UHGV virus genome: UHGV-0785298
Reading direction: 5' to 3' (one strand)
DNA from: a virus
DNA: 21,138 nt
Position numbers and translations under genes: made by a program
The notes under the pieces: generated by a model
The model's input: only the letters and a program-made list of their open reading frames with translations
Databases searched by the model: none
What the model was told of the DNA's origin: nothing
Part shown: positions 1 to 6,428 of the stretch, in pieces
How the letters are laid out: each line of letters opens with the position of its first letter
Numbering within the stretch: position 1 is the stretch's first letter

Positions 1-710
1 ACAATCTTCAGGCGCGGGTTACACGCAGCCACTTCAAACGCGCGGCGATAGATCATCAGCAGGTTGTTCTGGTCAAGTCCTTTGACGCCCAGACGAGCAT
101 AGTCAGGGATCCAGGCGATGGATGTGCCAGGACTGTTCACGTTGCTGATGACTGGGTTAGATTTCTTGCTCATGTTGTCTTCAAACGTCTGAGTATAAGA
201 CTTCTTGCCGTCATTAGTCGTGACGCGGAACCATTTGGAGAACACGTTGACGAGGGACGCCCCTTCGCCATTCTGACCACCGGACTTCTGGTTGTTGTAC
301 TCTTCGTCTTCGTCGTTGAAGTTCGATCCCGCATATAGAGAGCCGAACAACATTTCAGGAAGCCACTCGTTGGTGACGCCATGCTTGACCACAGGGATAC
401 CTCCGTTGTCAGCAACGATGATTTGACCGTTCATCGGGGAAACTGTGACGGTGATTTCCGTCAGGGATTTGCCCTCAGGGGTCTTGCTGTGGTCAACACA
501 GTTGGTGATGATTTCATCAAACTGTTTGATCAGCGCGGGGGAGTACTCAAAGTTGTCACGGAAGATGACTTTGTCCTTAGTTGGGTCATACACCCACACC
601 GTCCCCACAGACGAACGAATACTGCCCAGATGACGCTCTGGGCGGAGTAGGATATGCTCAACGTGAGTGAGCTTCTTGTACTTGCGTTCAATATCAATTT
701 TGTTGGACAT
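1..710 (-). CDS. DNA topoisomerase II large (ATPase) subunit, T4 gp39-like; N-terminal ~236 aa only, gene continues past the window start
   Basis: Minus-strand frame open from ATG at 710..708 to the window edge, translated by hand: MSNKIDIERKYKKLTHVEHILLRPERHLGSI...FDEIITNCVDHS...IIVADNGGIPV...GGQNGEGASLVNVFS. These are the GHKL ATPase motifs (ExxxNxxD, DNGxGIP, G-rich lid) and match the N-terminus of T4 gp39 as recalled (LSDIEHIKKRSGMYIGS, LIDEIIDNSVDE, VEDNGRGIP, GGMNGVGSSLTNIFS). Missing from the ORF track because no stop lies inside the window. Confidence 0.85.
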   Translation of the reverse strand, partial: MSNKIDIERKYKKLTHVEHILLRPERHLGSIRSSVGTVWVYDPTKDKVIFRDNFEYSPALIKQFDEIITNCVDHSKTPEGKSLTEITVTVSPMNGQIIVADNGGIPVVKHGVTNEWLPEMLFGSLYAGSNFNDEDEEYNNQKSGGQNGEGASLVNVFSKWFRVTTNDGKKSYTQTFEDNMSKKSNPVISNVNSPGTSIAWIPDYARLGVKGLDQNNLLMIYRRAFEVAACNPRLKI

Positions 711-758
711 CGGCCTATCCCGTCAATGGTAAACACACAAGATTATGTATGGGGTCGC

Positions 759-1340
759 TTATAGACCAAATTTGCTACGCCACTTTTCAACCTTGTGTTC
801 AATAGCGTGCTCCACTTTAATGCGAGTGGCCATCAAAGAGGATCCACGGATCGCCCCTTCCCCACACCCCATGCGCGCAACATGCTTGATTAGGTCATTG
901 ACGAGTTGATCCAATCTGTCTTGACTGCGATAAGGCTGGTTGCACAACCGGATAATCCGGCCATGATAATGATGGATAAGATTCAGATGCTTTTGAGGAT
1001 CACGATCAATCAGACGGAACCAGTCTTCTTCCAACAGATTAGAAGAAATATCGTTCACTGTCGCCATGTGGTTGATGACAGAGTCGATCATTTCGGCCTT
1101 GTTCAGAGAGCCGCGCATTTGGACGTCGTCATAATCCATGACGTACAGAAGGTCAATAGCAGAGATAATGACATCAGAAACTTCGCCATTCAACGGCTCG
1201 GAAGATACTATGCCATGAAACACATCAGACAGTTCACAGATCTCTTCACCTAGTTTGTTCAGAACAAACACAGGAGAACGGTCTGGGGTATGAGCAGTAC
1301 AGTCATAAGAAGTGTCGACGATAGTGTGTAGAAATTTCAT
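759..1340 (-). CDS. MazG-like all-alpha nucleoside triphosphate pyrophosphohydrolase (putative)
   Basis: 193-aa ORF with ATG at 1340 overlapping the upstream stop (ATGA). Contains KLGEEICELSDV and NGEVSDVIISAIDLLYV, resembling the two EExxE / E[LV]xD metal-binding helices of MazG/HisE-family NTP pyrophosphatases. Assigned by motif only. Confidence 0.4.
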   Translation of the reverse strand: MKFLHTIVDTSYDCTAHTPDRSPVFVLNKLGEEICELSDVFHGIVSSEPLNGEVSDVIISAIDLLYVMDYDDVQMRGSLNKAEMIDSVINHMATVNDISSNLLEEDWFRLIDRDPQKHLNLIHHYHGRIIRLCNQPYRSQDRLDQLVNDLIKHVARMGCGEGAIRGSSLMATRIKVEHAIEHKVEKWRSKFGL

Positions 1341-1825
1341 TTCAAAGTTCCTTGTATGCGGAGACGATTAATGTGGGCAATGATATAGTCCATAGAGTTT
1401 TGAAAACTGTATTTCCCGTTCTGAACATATGCATGGATCAGGGGTAGGCGACTGTACGCCAATCTGATCTTCAGACGTTCAGGCATTGTCTGGAGTTTCA
1501 TGCTAGTTGCAAATAGGATATCGCGCTTGAATTCTTCGGTAGACGGGTCCAGGACAATGACGCGAGAAGCCGCCAATCCCTGTCCATATTGCTTGGCCTC
1601 ATAACCGTCGAGCAGGCGCAGGTTGTCATCCCTATACTTCAGCCAATACCAGTACCCCTCCATGGAGTTAAACACACCATGTTCATGGGTAGTCATTGGA
1701 TGATGGGTAAAATGCGAGAGGAAGCGCCCGAGTTCCGTCTGGCTCCGGCTGTAGATGTTGAAGTGATTCTTATCCTCTGTTGCAGGGGTCATCTTGTTCT
1801 GTGGAACGTTCATTAACAGCATCAT
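1337..1825 (-). CDS. hypothetical protein
   Basis: ORF track 1337..1840 begins at a TTG; the first ATG is at 1825 (MMLLMNV...) with a GAGAAA Shine-Dalgarno-like sequence upstream. The stop overlaps the start of the next gene. No recognisable domain. Confidence 0.55.
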   Translation of the reverse strand: MMLLMNVPQNKMTPATEDKNHFNIYSRSQTELGRFLSHFTHHPMTTHEHGVFNSMEGYWYWLKYRDDNLRLLDGYEAKQYGQGLAASRVIVLDPSTEEFKRDILFATSMKLQTMPERLKIRLAYSRLPLIHAYVQNGKYSFQNSMDYIIAHINRLRIQGTLK

Positions 1826-1867
1826 GATGTAGTTTCTCAAATCAAAGTATTGCTGTGTGCAGCCAGT

Positions 1868-2065
1868 TTATTTCTTCACACACCCCAAATAGGAGCAGAG
1901 TAAACCGACAACAGAAAATATAATGGCAAGAAGGTAACGAGTCACCTGCATTTGTGGTGTTGTAAGCAGGCCGATAACGCTTTCGAGCGCCAGGAACAAA
2001 CACACCCCAGCGATTACACCGAATTTGAACGAATTACGTTCTCTGTTAATTCTGAACTTGTACAT
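1868..2065 (-). CDS. small membrane protein (two predicted TM helices)
   Basis: 65-aa ORF with two hydrophobic stretches (FGVIAGVCLFLALESVIGLL and YLLAIIFSVVGLLCSYLG); AGGAGG Shine-Dalgarno 6-8 nt upstream of the ATG. Confidence 0.5.
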   Translation of the reverse strand: MYKFRINRERNSFKFGVIAGVCLFLALESVIGLLTTPQMQVTRYLLAIIFSVVGLLCSYLGCVKK

Positions 2066-2114
2066 TGCGCACCTCCTGTTAGGGAAATAGGGGAGGAAAC
2101 TCCCCTGTAACTAT

Positions 2115-2615
2115 CTAGCCCAGAAACACTACTAAAGTCAAATTAGTGAGGGCGCTGCGACCTTCCCGCAGCATTTCATGCGCAGATGCAAGGCGCTTGG
2201 GGTCATGCAACGTATCAGAGAACACGATGATGTTTGCTTTATCGATGTCCGTGCCCATGTAATGGGAGATGGTTGTCGTGTGCTGTTTCTTGTCTACATC
2301 GGGCAATGATACATCCGCACCTGCTCGGGAGCGGAAGAAAGAATCGCGTTCACTAACGCTATGGAAGACACCCATGATGTAGAGGTTGTTCTCTGTCTGG
2401 AAATCATAGGACAGAATCTTCTTCAGCGCGGCGGTGTGCCCAGTCTGGCGCAGCATGCGATAGTACAGTATGTTTCCAGGACAGGTGGGGTCCGTCACAC
2501 CTCCCCTCGATTGGCGATCTTTCTGGATTTCATACGCATCCAGGATAAGTTGTTGGACCATTTCAATATGGGCAGTCAGGGAGATTTCGACTTTACGTTT
2601 GACCATGGATTTCAT
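2115..2615 (-). CDS. hypothetical protein
   Basis: 166-aa ORF, ATG at 2615 preceded by a GAGGA Shine-Dalgarno; no recognisable motif. Confidence 0.55.
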   Translation of the reverse strand: MKSMVKRKVEISLTAHIEMVQQLILDAYEIQKDRQSRGGVTDPTCPGNILYYRMLRQTGHTAALKKILSYDFQTENNLYIMGVFHSVSERDSFFRSRAGADVSLPDVDKKQHTTTISHYMGTDIDKANIIVFSDTLHDPKRLASAHEMLREGRSALTNLTLVVFLG

Positions 2616-2680
2616 TTGGTGTATCCTCAGTTAGGTTCCGCTCATGGGGAACGAGTCCATTATACACCGAATACCGGAAA

Positions 2681-2706
2681 TGAAAAAGAGGCCGGAGCCT
2701 CTTTTG
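2681..2706 (-). terminator. intrinsic-terminator-like hairpin (family B)
   Basis: Stem AAAGAGGC / GCCTCTTT (8 bp) with loop CGGA at 2685..2704; on the minus strand it is followed by a T5 tract. Lies just downstream of the gene ending at 2734. Confidence 0.55.
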
Positions 2707-2733
2707 TTAACCCATGATCATCGCGTTCATGGC

Positions 2734-2967
2734 TCATTCCCCTTCGTATTTTCCTGTCCTGAAGTTCCACTTTCGCGCATTCTTCAGGTCCAGGTCTTTG
2801 AAGATGTTTCCAAAGATCTTTTGGAAGGAAGTCTGCTCTTGTTCTTCCTCAAGATCCTTGGGCTTCTTGACAGGCTCTTTCACCATACCGCCTTCGGGTT
2901 TCCCCACATCGGCGGTCGTGGTTCCAGGGGCTGCTGAGTCTTCAAGGAAGTCCTGGAAGCCTTTCAT
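2734..2967 (-). CDS. hypothetical acidic/lysine-rich small protein
   Basis: The first ATG (2967, MKGFQDFLED...) sits 2 nt after the stop of the Ig-like gene (TAATCATG); the ORF-track start at 2991 is upstream of this first ATG. 77 aa, low-complexity charged sequence. Confidence 0.45.
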   Translation of the reverse strand: MKGFQDFLEDSAAPGTTTADVGKPEGGMVKEPVKKPKDLEEEQEQTSFQKIFGNIFKDLDLKNARKWNFRTGKYEGE

Positions 2968-2969
2968 GA

Positions 2970-3779
2970 TTAGACCGCAGCCATTTCGCAACGAGTAGAG
3001 GTCACAGAGTGGCCGTCAGCGTCTTCAACAACACACCAGTACTCACCCTCGTTTTCGGCAGCAACTGCAGTGATAACCAGGCTCGCAGTTGCAGCAGTGG
3101 GGTTAGTGCCAGCATCGATCACCTCACCTTCACCACCAGGGACATCAGAGAAGTACCAAGTATGTGTGTATGGGGTAGTGCCGCCTGTAGCAGCGATGGT
3201 GAAGGTTGCGGATTCACCTGTTGTTACATCCTGAGAAGCGGCCAGATCGGTAGACAGAGACAGAGCGCCAGCCACTGTGATGACGGTAGAGTCGGTGTGG
3301 TCACCTTCGATGGTTACACCGTAAACAGTCACTGAACCCGGCGCCAGCAGCTTGAATTTACCACCACCGATGTGCACAGCTTTGGTCAGATCGCCAGAGT
3401 ACCAGTTGACACCCTGGTAGGTCGCGTTCTCCGGAGCGACGACCGCCTTCAGTTCAACAACCTGACCGACTTCACCATTAGCAGTTTCAGGGGTGATGGT
3501 CAGGCCAGTGGTCAGCACAGCGCTTGGGTCGTGGATTTCATAAGACAGCTGGAAGCCAACGGGCTTGGTTGGATCCACTTTGGTGACGCCATCGGCCTGC
3601 AAATTGCTCTTGGTCAGCAGTGCATCCAGACCTTTACACTCAGTCAGGATCTCGTCTGGGTCTTGGTTAAGACTGGTCTTTTCCCAACCACGAGCAGTAC
3701 CTGTTACATTGTGAAGACGCTCAGTTTCCGGTTTGTTGCGAACAACTTCCGGTGCTACTAATACAGTGATCGTTGGCAT
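2970..3779 (-). CDS. Ig-like domain protein (Big_2-like plus Ig/I-set-like domain)
   Basis: ATG at 3779 with GGAGG 6 nt upstream (the ORF track begins at a GTG at 3791). Big_2-like segment LTITPETANGEVGQVVELKAVVAPENATYQGVNWYSGDL...GSVTVYGVT followed by an Ig-like segment ATFTIAATGGTTPYTHTWYF...ENEGEYWCVVEDADG with the characteristic Y-x-C core. Confidence 0.65.
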   Translation of the reverse strand: MPTITVLVAPEVVRNKPETERLHNVTGTARGWEKTSLNQDPDEILTECKGLDALLTKSNLQADGVTKVDPTKPVGFQLSYEIHDPSAVLTTGLTITPETANGEVGQVVELKAVVAPENATYQGVNWYSGDLTKAVHIGGGKFKLLAPGSVTVYGVTIEGDHTDSTVITVAGALSLSTDLAASQDVTTGESATFTIAATGGTTPYTHTWYFSDVPGGEGEVIDAGTNPTAATASLVITAVAAENEGEYWCVVEDADGHSVTSTRCEMAAV

Positions 3780-4150
3780 GGTTTCCTCCACTCATCCAAA
3801 TCGTTGTTCAGAGCCATCATCAGCTCATTATCTGGTTCGTATGAACCGGAACATAAATCATCGCGCCATACGCCTAATGTCAACAAAGCAGCCTTGAGGC
3901 GTGGCAACTGGGGCTTATCCACCTTCAAAACGAGCATGCGGCAAGCGGCCTCTGTTTCGAACGTATTGAAGACAGTAATCAATTGATTGAGAATCAACCG
4001 AGGACTCTTACCAGGGACAAATCTCTTCAATGATTGATTAATTAGCGAAATCCGCTGAATGTCTACCAGCAGTTCATCCCACGAGACAGAATCTACAATA
4101 TAATGCCTCAGTGCATAATCCATCAAGTTGCTTTCGTCAACGATAGGCAT
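3758..4150 (-). CDS. hypothetical protein
   Basis: 130-aa ORF with ATG at 4150; helical-looking composition, no clear Shine-Dalgarno; its 3' end overlaps the start of the Ig-like gene by about 22 nt. Confidence 0.45.
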   Translation of the reverse strand: MPIVDESNLMDYALRHYIVDSVSWDELLVDIQRISLINQSLKRFVPGKSPRLILNQLITVFNTFETEAACRMLVLKVDKPQLPRLKAALLTLGVWRDDLCSGSYEPDNELMMALNNDLDEWRKPCQRSLY

Positions 4151-4180
4151 ATTGAATAAGTTCAGCTGTTGTATATCGGC

Positions 4181-4606
4181 TTATTTAATCTGCAATTTTT
4201 CGATCAGCTTCGCAATCAGTTGAATGCGATCTTCTTCTGTGATACCCAGCGGCGCAGCCAACAACTTGAGATCGTCAACCCCCAACAGGTTCAGAGTCTC
4301 GACTGTGATGTTGGTTTCAATCACAGCCCCGGTTTCAAACGGCTTGCCGAACTTGTCGCGACCATAACGCTTGAGGGTCGCAGCCAGCCCTGGAAGCTCC
4401 TGGAGGAGTTCCTTCGTGCCGTCTTGGTATTCACACACCCAACCGTACCCGCCAGCGTAGACGACGCCTCCGTCTCCCCCTGGAGGGATGTTATCGATGG
4501 CGCGTTGTAGGTAGGTAGGCAACACACCTTCCTCCTTCGCCTGGATGTCATCGACTGGGGCTTCAGTTTTAATTTCAACTTTCTTGACTTCAGGTTTCTT
4601 CGCCAT
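4181..4606 (-). CDS. hypothetical protein
   Basis: 141-aa ORF (MAKKPEVKK...), ATG at 4606 preceded by AGGAGAA; Gly-rich centre (PPGGDGGVVYAGGYGW); no recognisable family. Confidence 0.55.
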   Translation of the reverse strand: MAKKPEVKKVEIKTEAPVDDIQAKEEGVLPTYLQRAIDNIPPGGDGGVVYAGGYGWVCEYQDGTKELLQELPGLAATLKRYGRDKFGKPFETGAVIETNITVETLNLLGVDDLKLLAAPLGITEEDRIQLIAKLIEKLQIK

Positions 4607-4792
4607 GTTTGGTTCTCCTATAGACTGTTACGTATTTACCACAGCAATTGCAGCAGTATACGTGCATCGCGTATCCTTCGTCTGTGAAGTCGCAACCACC
4701 ACAGCGACAGAACAATTTCACGAACTGTTGGTCATGAACTTCACGGGGAGGGAATTGTTTGTGGGAGTATTCCCTAGTCTCGCCTTCGAACT

Positions 4793-4816
4793 GAAAAGGA
4801 GGCCGGAGCCTCCTTG
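4793..4816 (-). terminator. intrinsic-terminator-like hairpin (family B)
   Basis: Stem AAGGAGGC / GCCTCCTT with loop CGGA at 4796..4815, immediately downstream of the rIIB stop (4832..4834); the minus-strand U-tract is short (TTTT, partly inside the stem). Confidence 0.45.
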
Positions 4817-4831
4817 GTGGATGGGGTTTGG

Positions 4832-6397
4832 TTACTTGTACAGGCCTGTCACGTCAATGGACTTGTGCTGGCGGTTGTACTCGGCGGTGTAATCATCCAA
4901 CACCAAGTATTCACAGCAGCGGATTTTGCTTGAACCAAAATCATCGGTGACCGACACGATGTCACGCGGGTTCAGCTTACAGCGAACGACGCGCTGGCCA
5001 ACAGAACCGAAACACTCCTTCAGATAGGCCAGGGAGCAAACGTGCAAACCGTATGAACACAGTTCAGAGTTGTTGTCGTTCACGAATGAGCGAGCCATCC
5101 GCACGATAGTGCCTGGGGCGTTGCTGATCGTGTTGCTGTGCTTGTCCATGTAGTTACCGCGCACCGATTTGTAGAGGATGATGTCACCATCTTCGTCAAT
5201 TTCGATGTCAGAGTACGCCATGAACTCATAGATGCGCCCAGACTGAACCAGAGAAGCTGACGGGTTCTGGAACATTTTGTCCATAAACTTCGCCATGCGG
5301 TCCAGGTTGTGGAAGTCACCCTTCAGCATCAGCGCCAGTACACGCTTGGCGATGGATGTGCCTGTGATGTCATGACCGGACCAGCGGACACGGTTGTCAG
5401 ACACGTCTACCAGACCAGCAGCGTACTTCGCGATGGCTTCACGAGGTCGCATCAGCGAGTAGGCCAGCTTCACGTCTTTGTCTTTGATCGCCTGTACGAT
5501 GCGGTCGTAGGCCGGGTGTGAAGTGGTGATCGTTTCCGGCTTACCGTCAATCGCGATAACAACGCTGTCAGGCAGAATCAGGATCTGGTGTTCGTTCAGG
5601 AACACGTCCAGGTCTTTCGCACCGAAGTCCTGCTTGGTCTTCTTGTCATCAGCCACTTCTTCAACGTCTTTGACAGCGACGGTGAATTCTACAGAAGACA
5701 GAGCCAAGCGCAGGGTGCGACCGAGGATGCCATCAAAGTAACCAACACGGCGACGGGCATCCAAGGATCCACGGATAGGATAGGTTTCCCCGTCAACCAC
5801 AACGCTGATTTCAACGTTGCTCGGAACTTTGTCCGCACCTTCTGACAGCGCCACAGAAATTTCTGCCATCTTGCCGATATCTTCAACATCGAAATCGCGA
5901 CTATCGCCTTCCACAGGAGTCAATTCAGACTTTTCAAAGAAAGCCCCTTTGAAATTGCCGTCGTTAATGAGACACAGATACTTGTTGTGGTTCGGCAGAT
6001 ATGCCCCAACATACCATTCTGTGTCATCTTTGTCTTTGGCCGTGCCGCCCGGTTGGACCTCGAATACTTCCTGCTCTTCCGGCTTGATAGGAGAGATCAC
6101 AGTTACCTTGTTTTTCTCCTCGGTAATCCGGACCAACAGAGCGCGAGCAATGGTCTTGGCGGACACACCGTACACCTTGGCCAAGAATGCATTGCTGACA
6201 TTACCTGCCGCCGAATCCCTTTGGATATTGGCGATCTGATCTGTTGTCAGGGATTTCAGCGAAGTAGGGTCAACACCGAGTTCCGTGTCTGCAACACGTT
6301 GTACAGTCGAGCGGGGTATGCCCAACAGAGTAGCAATTGCGCTCTGGCTTTTGCCTTCCTTCAAATGCTTCAGGATCTTTTCTTCAATCTTGTTCAT
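4832..6397 (-). CDS. rIIB: rIIB protein
   Basis: The ORF track extends to a TTG at 6484, which would overlap rIIA; the first ATG is at 6397 (MNKIEEKILKH...), giving 521 aa. The C-terminal half matches T4 rIIB as recalled: DGDIILYKSVRGNYMDKHSNTISNAPGTIVRMARSFVNDNNSELCSYGLHVCSLAYL...RVVRCKLNPRDIVSVTDDF...YLVLDDY. N-terminal HTH-like segments (SQSAIATLLGIPRSTVQRVA). Sits directly downstream of rIIA. Confidence 0.85.
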   Translation of the reverse strand: MNKIEEKILKHLKEGKSQSAIATLLGIPRSTVQRVADTELGVDPTSLKSLTTDQIANIQRDSAAGNVSNAFLAKVYGVSAKTIARALLVRITEEKNKVTVISPIKPEEQEVFEVQPGGTAKDKDDTEWYVGAYLPNHNKYLCLINDGNFKGAFFEKSELTPVEGDSRDFDVEDIGKMAEISVALSEGADKVPSNVEISVVVDGETYPIRGSLDARRRVGYFDGILGRTLRLALSSVEFTVAVKDVEEVADDKKTKQDFGAKDLDVFLNEHQILILPDSVVIAIDGKPETITTSHPAYDRIVQAIKDKDVKLAYSLMRPREAIAKYAAGLVDVSDNRVRWSGHDITGTSIAKRVLALMLKGDFHNLDRMAKFMDKMFQNPSASLVQSGRIYEFMAYSDIEIDEDGDIILYKSVRGNYMDKHSNTISNAPGTIVRMARSFVNDNNSELCSYGLHVCSLAYLKECFGSVGQRVVRCKLNPRDIVSVTDDFGSSKIRCCEYLVLDDYTAEYNRQHKSIDVTGLYK

Positions 6398-6428
6398 CTT
6401 GTAGTTCCCACGTTGGTTAACAGGACTA

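Noticed and set aside
170-736. Minus-strand ORFs 170..415 and 530..736 from the ORF track
   Set aside because: Both are out-of-frame overlaps of the topoisomerase II reading frame (1..710), which has clear GHKL motifs; their sequences are Ser/Thr/Arg-rich and low-complexity.
2082-2100. Short hairpin AGGGGA-GGAAAC-TCCCCT between the 166-aa gene and the small membrane gene
   Set aside because: 6-bp stem without a U-tract on the coding strand; it sits beside the AGGAGG Shine-Dalgarno and may be incidental.
4607-4733. Cys-rich mini-ORF (…KLFCRCGGCDFTDEGYAMHVYCCNCCGKYVTVYRRTKHGEET) between rIIB and the 141-aa gene
   Set aside because: The only ATG gives a 25-aa peptide and a GTG start about 41 aa; there is no Shine-Dalgarno and the stop overlaps the next gene's start by 17 nt. 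Could be a tiny zinc-ribbon peptide but support is insufficient.
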